From an uncultured Verrucomicrobiae bacterium (lineage in GTDB: Bacteria > Verrucomicrobiota > Verrucomicrobiia > Chthoniobacterales > Chthoniobacteraceae), in contig CAWIKF010000002.1 of assembly GCA_963836755.1 (NCBI GenBank), positions 544,001 to 608,000 of the forward strand: a stretch of DNA of 64,000 bases, given 5' to 3'. The notes beneath the pieces were generated by a model. The model worked only from the letters and a program-made list of their open reading frames with translations, searched no databases and was not told where the DNA came from. Below, in pieces: positions 30,263 to 39,722 of this stretch. Each line of letters starts with the position of its first letter. The first letter of the stretch is position 1. The position numbers and the translations under genes are program-made.

Positions 30263-30318
30263 CTGCGGCTCGGTGAACGTGATTGCTTTCCGGGGCGCAA
30301 ATCATAGATTGTGCGCTT

Positions 30319-30843
30319 ATGAAATTGGTGCGATGGCTGCGGTTTAGTTGGGATCTGGCAAAGCTGCCGGCACCGCCATTCGCCATGGAACCGCACTACC
30401 AGATCCGCGCTGCGACGCGTGATGAGGCGGATACGGTGCTGCACGTGGTGATGAGTGCGTTTTCCCTGGATGCCGCATGGGCAGACACTTTGAACACGAT
30501 TCGGGAATGGCTCGAGGCGCAAATCGAGGAGTCGCTGTCGCGCAAAGGCGCAGGCTGCCTGGTCATCACGCACGGCGCGCGGATCATCGGCGCGTCGGCG
30601 CTCGACATGAAGCCGGAAGCGGAGTCGCACCTTCTCACGGGGCCGTGCGTTTTGAGCGAATATTGCAGCCGCGGTTTTGGCTCGGCGCTGCTTTATCAAT
30701 CGTTGCTCGTGCTGCGCGACGCAGGGCTTTCGCAGGCGCATGCCATTGCGAAAGGCAACGTGCCGGTGGCGAAATTCATCTATCCAAAGTTTAACTCCGT
30801 GAGCGCGCCGGTCGATTTCGATCCGGTGATGGTCGGTTCGTAA
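30319..30843 (+). CDS. GNAT-family N-acetyltransferase
   Basis: [16 protein letters not shown] (motif A, R/QxxGxG-like), FIYPKF. Confidence 0.65.
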   Translation: MKLVRWLRFSWDLAKLPAPPFAMEPHYQIRAATRDEADTVLHVVMSAFSLDAAWADTLNTIREWLEAQIEESLSRKGAGCLVITHGARIIGASALDMKPEAESHLLTGPCVLSEYCSRGFGSALLYQSLLVLRDAGLSQAHAIAKGNVPVAKFIYPKFNSVSAPVDFDPVMVGS

Positions 30844-30853
30844 AATTGCGCTG

Positions 30854-32320
30854 ATGGGGCTTCCGACATCAGCAAAGGCGAACGCGTTTTTTTCCGATTA
30901 CGAAGTCGGCGACTTTTATGACGAGATGTTTGAAGCGCCGGGCGTCACGCGGGCGCATTACCACAAACTGCTGGAGCGGTTTCGCGCGATGGATGGCGAG
31001 GACTTTGAGCGCAAGCGCGCGCTCGTCGACAGCACGCTGCTGAACCAGGGCGTCACGTTCACGGTTTACAACGACAACCAGGGAACGGAACGGATTTTTC
31101 CGTTCGATTTGATCCCGCGCATCATTCCCGCGAAGGAATGGGAGCACGTCGAGCGCGGTTTGACACAGCGTATCACGGCGTTAAATCTATTTTTACACGA
31201 CATTTATCACGATCAACGCATCGTGAAGGAAAAAATCGTGCCGGAGGAAGTGGTTCGGAGCGCGGTGCATTTCAGGCCGGAGTTCATGGGGGTCAACGTT
31301 CCGCGGGACATTTACATCCACATCTGCGGCTCTGATTTGATCCGCGACCGCGACGGAAATTACCTTGTGCTCGAGGACAATGGCCGCTGCCCGTCTGGCG
31401 TTTCCTACGTGCTGGAAAATCGGCAGGTGATGAAGCGTGTTTTCCCGACGCTTTTCGCGCGGCATCGTGTGCGGTCGGTCGATTCCTACGGCCAGGAGCT
31501 GCTCAATCTTTTGCGCTACGTCGCGCCGAACGGCGACCCGAATCCGACATGCGTGCTGCTCACGCCGGGCATTTATAACTCGGCATATTTCGAGCATTCG
31601 TTCCTCGCGCGCTCGATGGGAATCGAGATCGTCGTCGGCCAGGATTTGCGCGTGATCGATGACCGCGTCTTCATGAAGACGACGAAAGGCTTGAAAAAAG
31701 TGGACGTGATTTACCGCCGGCTCGATGACGATTTTCTCGATCCGCTTGTCTTTCGCAAAGACTCGATGCTCGGCGTGCCGGGGCTGATCGCGGCGTATCG
31801 GAAAGGGAACGTGAACCTCGCGAATGCTGTGGGGACGGGCGTTGCCGACGACAAGGTGATGTATTACTTCGTGCCGCAGATGATCAAGTTTTACCTCGGC
31901 GAGGATCCGATTTTGCCAAATGTGCCTACGTTTTTGACGATGTTTGAAAAGGATCGGGAATACGTGCTCGAGCATATTCCTGAGCTCGTGATCAAAAGCG
32001 CGAACGAGAGCGGCGGCTACGGAATGTTGATCGGGCCGCACGCGACGAAAGCGGAGCACGAAAAATTTCGGCAGGCGATTTTGAAAGATCCGCGCAACTA
32101 CGTGGCGCAGCCGGTGGTGCAGCTTTCGCGCGCGCCATCTTTTTGCGACGGCACCATCGAGGGGCGTCACGTGGACTTGCGGCCTTACATTTTATACGGC
32201 GAAAAAATTACGATCATTCCCGGCGGTCTCACGCGCGTCGCATTGCGCAAAGGTTCGCTGGTCGTCAATTCCTCGCAAGGCGGTGGCGCGAAGGAAACGT
32301 GGGTCGTCGATGAGGATTGA
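30854..32320 (+). CDS. Circularly permuted type 2 ATP-grasp protein
   Basis: [66 protein letters not shown]. Confidence 0.93.
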   Translation: MGLPTSAKANAFFSDYEVGDFYDEMFEAPGVTRAHYHKLLERFRAMDGEDFERKRALVDSTLLNQGVTFTVYNDNQGTERIFPFDLIPRIIPAKEWEHVERGLTQRITALNLFLHDIYHDQRIVKEKIVPEEVVRSAVHFRPEFMGVNVPRDIYIHICGSDLIRDRDGNYLVLEDNGRCPSGVSYVLENRQVMKRVFPTLFARHRVRSVDSYGQELLNLLRYVAPNGDPNPTCVLLTPGIYNSAYFEHSFLARSMGIEIVVGQDLRVIDDRVFMKTTKGLKKVDVIYRRLDDDFLDPLVFRKDSMLGVPGLIAAYRKGNVNLANAVGTGVADDKVMYYFVPQMIKFYLGEDPILPNVPTFLTMFEKDREYVLEHIPELVIKSANESGGYGMLIGPHATKAEHEKFRQAILKDPRNYVAQPVVQLSRAPSFCDGTIEGRHVDLRPYILYGEKITIIPGGLTRVALRKGSLVVNSSQGGGAKETWVVDED

Positions 32321-32323
32321 CCG

Positions 32324-33319
32324 ATGCTGAGCCGCGTCGCCGATTCGCTTTACTGGCTGAGCCGCTACATCGAGCGCGCGGAAAATCACGCGCGCATCCT
32401 CGACGTGAATTTGCAGCTCGCGCTCGATTTTCAGGATGGCACCGAGCAGACGGAATCGCGGCAGTGGATGCCGATCATCGCCTCGCTCGAGGACCAGCAG
32501 TTATTCAACACGTTGCACGACGCCGCGAATGCGGAAACCGTCTGCGATTTCGTCACGTTCGAGCGCGAAAATCCGAACTCGATTTATTCCTCGCTCTGCC
32601 GCGCGCGCGAAAATGCGCGGACGGTGCGCGAATATATTTCCAGCGAAATGTGGGAGCAGATCAACCGGCTCTATCTTTACATGAACTCGGCGGCCGCGCG
32701 GCAGCTCTGCGCGGGCAGCGGCATCGATTTTTACCGGCGGCTGGTGGACAGCTCGCATCAATTTCTCGGCATCACGAACGCGACGCTCACGCACGGCGAA
32801 GGATGGAACTTTTTGCAGGCCGGCAAATATCTCGAGCGCGCCGATTCGACCTCGCGCATCCTCGATTTGAAATATCACATCCTGCTGCCGAGCGGCGAGC
32901 GCGTCGGCGGCAATGTGGACACGGTGCAATGGATGGCCGTGCTGAAATCGTGCAGCGCGCTCGAGGCTTATCGCAAGCTGCATGTCGGTCAGGTCACGCC
33001 GGCGAAAGTCGCGGAGTTCATCATTCTGCACGACGATTTCCCGCGCTCGATCCGCTTCTGCGTGGACGGGCTCGACACGGCGCTGCACCGGATTTCAAAT
33101 TGCAGCCGCTCGCATTTTTCGAACGACGCGGAGCGGCTTTCCGGTCGGCTCTGCTCCGATCTCGACTACGAAACGATCGGCGACATTTTCCAGTTTGGCC
33201 TGCACCAGTATCTCGACCGCATTCAGATGCGTTTGATCGAAATCGGCGCCGCGATGGCCAAAACATTTTTCGAATGGATGGAGCCTGAGCCGGCGCAAAC
33301 GCAATCGCAGACGCAGTAG
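32324..33319 (+). CDS. Alpha-E domain protein (partner of CP ATP-grasp)
   Basis: [44 protein letters not shown]. Confidence 0.92.
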   Translation: MLSRVADSLYWLSRYIERAENHARILDVNLQLALDFQDGTEQTESRQWMPIIASLEDQQLFNTLHDAANAETVCDFVTFERENPNSIYSSLCRARENARTVREYISSEMWEQINRLYLYMNSAAARQLCAGSGIDFYRRLVDSSHQFLGITNATLTHGEGWNFLQAGKYLERADSTSRILDLKYHILLPSGERVGGNVDTVQWMAVLKSCSALEAYRKLHVGQVTPAKVAEFIILHDDFPRSIRFCVDGLDTALHRISNCSRSHFSNDAERLSGRLCSDLDYETIGDIFQFGLHQYLDRIQMRLIEIGAAMAKTFFEWMEPEPAQTQSQTQ

Positions 33320-33376
33320 CGGCCGGATCGTCGCCGGAAATTTTCCGGCCAAAGGCATGCGAGAATCGTTATCTTC

Positions 33377-34393
33377 GTGATGAGCGAAGAAAATCTGATG
33401 AGCCGCCGTCGCGCGCTGCGAGGAATCGGCGCCGGGCTCGCCGCTGCGGCAATCACGCCGGCCTTTGGCGCTGGCGCAAACAACAATCAAGCAGGAGCAA
33501 CGATGACACCCGATAAATTACAGGACCCGAAAACAAAGTATCCGCAGCCGCCTTTCAAAGGACAGGAGCAACCTTGGCCGGGACTCGCGAGCAAGATGGA
33601 TCCGCGGCCAGATCACGGCGAGAAGAGTTATAAGGGCTCGGGCCGACTCGCGGGTCGGAAAGCGCTCATCACTGGCGGCGACTCGGGGATGGGTCGCGCG
33701 GCCGCGATCGCTTTTGCGCGCGAGGGCGCGGACGTCGCGATCAATTACTTCCCGACCGAGGAACCGGATGCGAAGGAAGTCATCGAGTTGATCAAAGCGG
33801 AAGGCCGGAACGCGGTGGCGCTGCCGGGAGACCTGCGCGACGAAGCATTTTGCGTGAAGCTGGTGGCGGACGCAGTAGAGGCGCTTGGCGGACTCGACAT
33901 TCTCGTCAGCAATGCCGCCCGCCAGCAGGAGCGCAAATCAATCCTCGATGTCACCAGCGAGGACTTTGACGCCACGATGAAGACGAATATCTACGCACCG
34001 TTCTGGATCATCAAGGCAGCTGTCCCGCACATGCCACCGGGCTCGACGATTATCGGCACGGCATCCGAGCAAGCCTACGATCCGTCGCCAGATCTTTACG
34101 ACTATGCCCAGACGAAGGCTGCGACCATGAACTACGTGAAGTCGCTGGCAAAGCAGCTCGCGCCGAAAGGCATCCGCGTAAATGGCGTGGCGCCGGGACC
34201 GATCTGGACGCCGCTGCAGGTAAGCGGCGGCGCGACGCAGGAGAAGCTCAAGGAATTTGGCGGAAAAACTCCGCTCGGACGGCCCGGGCAACCGGCAGAG
34301 CTAGCGTCGATCTACGTGCAGCTTGCGGCGAGCGATGCCAGCTACGCCACGGGCCAGATCTACGGCGCGGAAGGCGGCAGCGGTCAGCCTTAG
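33377..34393 (+). CDS. SDR oxidoreductase, YghA-like, with twin-arginine-like leader
   Basis: PDHGEKSYKGSGRL, TGGDSGMG, NAA, YAQTK, VAPGPIWTPLQ. Alternative starts 33398 and 33502. Confidence 0.9.
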   Translation: MMSEENLMSRRRALRGIGAGLAAAAITPAFGAGANNNQAGATMTPDKLQDPKTKYPQPPFKGQEQPWPGLASKMDPRPDHGEKSYKGSGRLAGRKALITGGDSGMGRAAAIAFAREGADVAINYFPTEEPDAKEVIELIKAEGRNAVALPGDLRDEAFCVKLVADAVEALGGLDILVSNAARQQERKSILDVTSEDFDATMKTNIYAPFWIIKAAVPHMPPGSTIIGTASEQAYDPSPDLYDYAQTKAATMNYVKSLAKQLAPKGIRVNGVAPGPIWTPLQVSGGATQEKLKEFGGKTPLGRPGQPAELASIYVQLAASDASYATGQIYGAEGGSGQP

Positions 34394-34503
34394 TCGAAGG
34401 AGCAGCTTCGGTTTGTCGTCAGGCAGCGGCAGTTGAGTTCGATGAGGCAGCCTGCGAAAGGTTGTCAGGGTTTTATGCTGAAAATGAGGAAGTTGCGTTG
34501 AAA

Positions 34504-34755
34504 ACGCGCCGTCCCGGGCTCGAACCGTCGTCTCCCGACTGCGAGCCGGGACGTCCCGGATCCGGCCCGGGAGCTCCCGACTTTGACCCGGGACGTCCAG
34601 GCTGTGACTCGGGAGCACCCGGCTTGAAACCGGGAGTTCCCGGCTCCGATCCGGGAGCACCCGACGTGAAGCCGGGAAGCCGCGGCTCCGACTCGGGAAG
34701 CCCCGGGTTGCGGCCGGGAGACGCCCGGGGCGAGCCGGGAAGCGGCGGCTTCGAT
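34504..34755. repeat. Tandem array of about 12 degenerate 21-bp units with palindromic core CCGGGA-N-CCCGG
   Basis: Units start at 34504, 34525, 34546, 34567, 34588, 34609, 34630, 34651, 34672, 34693, 34714 and 34735 (e.g. ccgggagttcccggctccgat). Confidence 0.85.
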
Positions 34756-34800
34756 TTTCCCAGGTATCGGGATCGAGGATAGTGTGCCGATGCGCCGATT

Positions 34801-35931
34801 TCACTGCGGCTGCAGCATGCGGAGATACCATCCGACGAGCGGCCAACCGGCGAAGAGCCACACTAGCGCGCCGAGCGCGAGGTAGGGGCCAAACGGGATT
34901 TTCGCCGACCATTCGCGCCGGCCCAAGACGATGGTGAGCATGCCGATGAGCGCGCCTGCGACGGATGCGGACATGATCGTGAAAAAGACTGCCTGCCAGC
35001 CGAGAAATGCGCCGATGGCTGCGATGAATTTCACGTCGCCAAAACCCATCGCCTCGCGCGGGATGACGATTGCGGAAACGTTGCCGCGAATGGTCGCGAG
35101 CTTTTCCAGCGGCAGCTCGCGCGTGCCGAGCAGGAGCCGGTTGTAGTGAAAACGGAGCGCGGTTTCCTGCTCCGCTTTGCCGTCGATCTCGACGCGACCG
35201 CATTGCATCACGAGCAGGTCGCTCTCGCGCGCGAACAATTCGCTCCAGCGGAATTTTTCGTCGTCGATGACGAGGTCGGCGTCATCGCCATCGCGAGTCC
35301 AGGTAAAGTTTTGCGCGGGCTCAAAGCGGAGCCGTTTTTTTCCAAATGCTTTTTTGCCGAGCTCGACCACGCACCAGAGCGTCGCGAATCCAGCGGCGGC
35401 GCCGAGCAGGGACCAGAGGCCGCTCCAGAGATGCGTGTCGTCGAATCCAGCCGGCAGCGAGTCTTGCATGAGTAACGGAATCGCGAAGCTGAGGACGATG
35501 CCGGCGACGGTGCCGCCCCACGTGATTTCATCGGGGATGATGAAATGCTCGAAGTCGATGAAGGTGGCGACGACGAGGAGGCTGACGAAAATCCAATACG
35601 GAAATGCGAGCACCCATTGCCCGGCAGCCCAGCATTGAAGCCAGACGGCGAGGAAAAGGAGCGCGGTGAGGAGCTCGACGCCGAAGTAGCGGAATGCGAT
35701 TGGCGCGCCGCAGTTTTTGCATTTGCCGCGCAGCGCGAGCCACGAGATGAGCGGGAGATTTTGCGTCCACGGGATTTGTTTTTTGCAATGTGGACAGAAG
35801 GAGCGGCGCGGCTCGTTGACGGAAAGTCCGAGCGGGAGACGGTAGATGCAGACGTTTAAAAAACTGCCGACGACCGCGCCGAGGACGAATGCGAAAACGC
35901 GGAAAAGATTTTCGTAAAAAGCAGGCTGCAC
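34801..35931 (-). CDS. pilD: Type IV prepilin peptidase/N-methyltransferase with inserted soluble domain
   Basis: GSFLNVCIYRLP, two CxxC (CPHC, CKNC), FIDFEHFIIPD, EAMGFGDVK, IPFGPYLA. GTG start 35931 preferred over 36354. Confidence 0.92.
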   Translation of the reverse strand: MQPAFYENLFRVFAFVLGAVVGSFLNVCIYRLPLGLSVNEPRRSFCPHCKKQIPWTQNLPLISWLALRGKCKNCGAPIAFRYFGVELLTALLFLAVWLQCWAAGQWVLAFPYWIFVSLLVVATFIDFEHFIIPDEITWGGTVAGIVLSFAIPLLMQDSLPAGFDDTHLWSGLWSLLGAAAGFATLWCVVELGKKAFGKKRLRFEPAQNFTWTRDGDDADLVIDDEKFRWSELFARESDLLVMQCGRVEIDGKAEQETALRFHYNRLLLGTRELPLEKLATIRGNVSAIVIPREAMGFGDVKFIAAIGAFLGWQAVFFTIMSASVAGALIGMLTIVLGRREWSAKIPFGPYLALGALVWLFAGWPLVGWYLRMLQPQ

Positions 35932-36052
35932 GCGCGCGCAATCCAAAGCGGCGGCTGCGCGCGAGTCAAGGCTGGCGGCGGTCTGCGCGGCGCAAACGCG
36001 GAAGTCGCGCGCGAAGTTGCGTGGCGTCAAAGTTTTGGCACATTGCGCGGCG

Positions 36053-37303
36053 ATGAAATTCCCCTTGCCTCTGGTTTTGCTCGCGCTTTTCGCGTGCCGC
36101 GCGATTGCGGGCGAGATCGAGTGGCATCCGGCCGCGGACATGGACGGGCAACTTTTTCCGTCGTTCATCCTTGCGACCGCGACGATGAAAGCCGATCCGA
36201 AGTTGAAACAGCCGGGCGCATTTCTCGGCGACGAAACGGGCTTGCTCGGTGTCCTGCTCACGGGCGCGCCGCCGAAAGCGCGCGTGACGGTGCGGGTGCG
36301 CGAGAATGCGCTGATGGAGGCGAGCACATTCACTGGCGCGCTGCCGGCCGCCAAAGGCGCGGTGACGATCGCGCCAAAGATCAGCTACAAGTTTCCGGCG
36401 CTGCGGGATGTGAAACAACAGGCGCCGCTGAATGTGACATTCGCCGTGGAGGTCGATGGCAAGCCGCTTGGCGAGCAGATCGAGACGGTCAATGTGCATG
36501 CGATCAACGACTGCGTTTACGGTTTTGCCGAGACGGAAGCGGCGCTGCCGGACATGACGACGGAGAAGAAATCATCGAAGACCACATCGAAGAAAAAGGC
36601 GGCGGCGAAGGCGGGTTACACCGACCTGAGCTGGATGTTCGCGGCGTATGTGAACGAGAGCCATCCGCTGATCGACACGATTTTGAAAGAGGCGCTCGAC
36701 ACGAAGATCGTGACCGGTTTCGACGATTACCAAAGCGGCGAGCGCACGGATATTTTGCGGCAGGTGTTCGCGATCTGGCACGCGTTGCAGGCGCGCGGCA
36801 TTCGCTATTCAAACACGACTGCGGTGCCCGGCGGCTCGCGACTCGTGCTGAGCCAAAACGTGCGCTTCATGGAGGAGGCGGCGCGCGCGGGTCAGGCGAA
36901 TTGCGTCGATGGCAGCGTGATGCTGGCCTCGATTTTGCGGCGCGTGGAGCTCGACCCATTCCTCGTGCTCGTGCCCGGCCACATGTATGTCGGCGTTTAT
37001 CTCGACGGCAATGACAAGAGCGAACGCGCGGTCGCAATCGACACGACGGCGCTCGGCGATGTCGACGCAGCGCATGGCGTCAAAGTTTCGCGCGATCTCA
37101 AGGTGTTAAACACTCAGCTCACAAAAACGCAACACGATGACGCGTGGGAAACTTTCAAGGCAGCGATCGCCGACTCGACCGAAGATTTGCGCGAGCACCG
37201 GAAAAAATTCGAGTCCGGCGACGATCCGCAATACCAGATCATCGACATCGAAGGCGTGCGCGATGAAGGCGTGATGCCGATTCCCTACGTGAAGAGCGAG
37301 TAG
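36053..37303 (+). CDS. Secreted transglutaminase-like (papain-fold) protein
   Basis: Signal peptide; ANCVDGSVMLASIL, PGHMYVGV, AIDTT give a Cys-His-Asp triad pattern. Confidence 0.65.
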   Translation: MKFPLPLVLLALFACRAIAGEIEWHPAADMDGQLFPSFILATATMKADPKLKQPGAFLGDETGLLGVLLTGAPPKARVTVRVRENALMEASTFTGALPAAKGAVTIAPKISYKFPALRDVKQQAPLNVTFAVEVDGKPLGEQIETVNVHAINDCVYGFAETEAALPDMTTEKKSSKTTSKKKAAAKAGYTDLSWMFAAYVNESHPLIDTILKEALDTKIVTGFDDYQSGERTDILRQVFAIWHALQARGIRYSNTTAVPGGSRLVLSQNVRFMEEAARAGQANCVDGSVMLASILRRVELDPFLVLVPGHMYVGVYLDGNDKSERAVAIDTTALGDVDAAHGVKVSRDLKVLNTQLTKTQHDDAWETFKAAIADSTEDLREHRKKFESGDDPQYQIIDIEGVRDEGVMPIPYVKSE

Positions 37304-37360
37304 CCGCGCGAGCGCCCGGTTGACCGCGCGCACTTTGCTCCGCATAGTCTGCGGCTCTGC

Positions 37361-39157
37361 ATGTCGACCGAACGCACGCGTAACTTTTGCATCATCGCCC
37401 ATATCGATCACGGGAAGACGACGCTCTCGGATCGGCTTTTACAAATGACGGGCACGGTCGCGGATCGCGATGCGCAGGACCAGCATCTCGACTCGATGGA
37501 CCTCGAGCGCGAGCGCGGGATCACGATCAAGATGCACCCGGTCGCGATGCGTTATCACGCGAAAGACGGGCACATTTACAAACTCAACCTGCTCGACACG
37601 CCGGGCCACGTGGACTTTGCCTACGAAGTCTCGCGCAGTCTCGCGGCATGCGAAGGCGCGCTCGTAATCGTCGATGCGGCGCAAGGCGTCGAGGCGCAGA
37701 CGGTCGCGAACGTCCATCTCGCCAACAAGCAAGGCCTGACCATCGTGCCGGTCATCAACAAAATCGATCTGCCGAACTCCGACATCCCGACGGTCAAGAA
37801 ACAGCTCGAGGATATTCTTTCCATTCCCGCCGAGGAGGCGATTCTCGCGAGCGCAAAGGCCGGCATCGGCATTGAGGAAATCCTCGAAGCCGTCATCCAC
37901 CGCATCCCGCCGCCGAAGAAATGGGATGACGAGAAAGTGCGCGCGCTTGTCTTCGACAGCACCTTCGATAGCTACCGCGGCGTCGTCACCTACGTCCGCA
38001 TGATGAGTGGCTCGCTCCACCCCGGCGACGGCGTGAAAATGATGAGCAATAACCGCCCTTACGACGTGAAGGAAGTTGGCGTCTTCACGCCGAAGATGAA
38101 AGCGCGCGACAAGCTCGTCGCCGGCGACACCGGCTACGTGATCGCGAACATCAAGGCATCGAGTGAGATCAAAATCGGCGACACTTTGACGGGAACAAAG
38201 TTTCCCGCCACCCAGCCGCTGCCGGGCTTCCAGGAAATCCATCCGATGGTCTTCAGCGGCATCTATCCCATCAACACCGCCGACTTTGAAAACCTGAAGG
38301 CCGCCATGGCCAAGCTCCAGCTCAACGACTCCTCATTCGTCTACCAAGCCGAAAGCAGCGTCGCCCTCGGCTTCGGCTTTCGCTGCGGCTTCCTCGGCCT
38401 TCTGCACATGGAGATCATCCAGGAGCGGCTCCGGCGCGAATACAACATGGACATCATCGCCACGTATCCGTCCGTCATCTACGAAGTCGAGAAAACCAAC
38501 GGCGAAATTTTACACGTCGATAACCCCGAGTTCCTCCCCGACCCGAGCGTCATCGAGGAAATCCGCGAGCCCATCGTGAAATGCTTCATCATGGTGCCCA
38601 ACGAATACATCAGCCCCCTCATGCAGCTCATCATGGACAAGCGCGGCGTCCTCGACCACACCGAGACCCTCGACAGCAAGCGCGTGATGCTCACCTGCGT
38701 GCTGCCGCTCAATGAAATCCTGGTCGATTTTAACGACAAAATCAAAAGCATCACCCGCGGCTACGGCAGCATGGATTACGAGCACGCCGGACATCGCGCC
38801 GACAAACTCGTCAAACTCGACATGCTAGTAAACGGCGAGCCCGTCGATGCGTTCTCATCCATCGTCCATCGCGACAAAGCCGACGCCCGCGGCCGCGCCC
38901 TCGCTGCGAAGCTCAAGGAAGTCATCCCCACGCAGCTTTACGTCGTCGCCATCCAGGCCGCCATCGGCGGCAAAATCATCGCTCGCGAAACCGTCAGCGC
39001 GCAGCGCAAAGACGTCACCGCGAAATGCTACGGCGGCGACATCAGCCGCAAACGGAAGCTTTTGGAAAAACAAAAAGAAGGCAAAAAACGGATGAAAAGC
39101 ATCGGCAAAGTCAACATCCCGCAAGAAGCCTTCATCCAGGTGCTCAAGTCGAACTGA
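37361..39157 (+). CDS. lepA: Elongation factor 4
   Basis: RNFCIIAHIDHGKTTL, DTPGH, NKID, GFRCGFLGLLHMEI, KCYGGDISRKRKLL. Confidence 0.98.
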   Translation: MSTERTRNFCIIAHIDHGKTTLSDRLLQMTGTVADRDAQDQHLDSMDLERERGITIKMHPVAMRYHAKDGHIYKLNLLDTPGHVDFAYEVSRSLAACEGALVIVDAAQGVEAQTVANVHLANKQGLTIVPVINKIDLPNSDIPTVKKQLEDILSIPAEEAILASAKAGIGIEEILEAVIHRIPPPKKWDDEKVRALVFDSTFDSYRGVVTYVRMMSGSLHPGDGVKMMSNNRPYDVKEVGVFTPKMKARDKLVAGDTGYVIANIKASSEIKIGDTLTGTKFPATQPLPGFQEIHPMVFSGIYPINTADFENLKAAMAKLQLNDSSFVYQAESSVALGFGFRCGFLGLLHMEIIQERLRREYNMDIIATYPSVIYEVEKTNGEILHVDNPEFLPDPSVIEEIREPIVKCFIMVPNEYISPLMQLIMDKRGVLDHTETLDSKRVMLTCVLPLNEILVDFNDKIKSITRGYGSMDYEHAGHRADKLVKLDMLVNGEPVDAFSSIVHRDKADARGRALAAKLKEVIPTQLYVVAIQAAIGGKIIARETVSAQRKDVTAKCYGGDISRKRKLLEKQKEGKKRMKSIGKVNIPQEAFIQVLKSN

Positions 39158-39722
39158 GTTAGCGTCAGCTAGCCCTTTGTGCCGCGCGCGCCCGTCTGTG
39201 CAGCGCCCCACCGCCGCCGTGCAGGGACAATTTGCGTCTGCGCGATTGCTTCGCGCCCGAGCCTACTCGGACGATGGTAAAGCCGCCTCGCAGCACTAGG
39301 TCTTTCCGCTTAGATCAATCACGATAGTTCCCTGATGGAGAAACTTTTGAAACATATACTTTTATAACACTCCACAGGTAGAGGCGGGTCCTCTTTTGAC
39401 GTTGAGTGATAAAGCGACTGGGTCGAAATCAATCGCAAAGTATTCTGCTTGCGCGTCATTGGTATAAACCAAGCACTCTGCCCGAGAGGACCGGACGGAG
39501 GGGACCCGCGATTTTCACGGCGGCTCGACGTCGAAGAGTGTGCAGCGCAATTGCATCCTGCTCGAGATGCCCACGATCAATGTCGCGGCGGCGACGATCG
39601 CCGCTACGCGCGGGCAGCCGGCTGCGACGCCGCCGAAGGCTTAGCGGTAGCGATGCGGGAATTGCGAGCAAGCGGCGATTCCCTTTGACAGTGTGGCGCG
39701 GAAATCTACACCTTTCCTCCCT

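Noticed and set aside
34462..34782. 21-bp array as a CRISPR array or collagen-like gene
   Set aside because: Units are contiguous with no unique spacers and no cas genes. The peptide period is 7, not Gly-X-Y, and the TTG start is weak.
35932..36354. Long N-terminal extension of PilD in the ORF track
   Set aside because: Overlaps the divergent gene at 36053; PilD homology starts near 35931.
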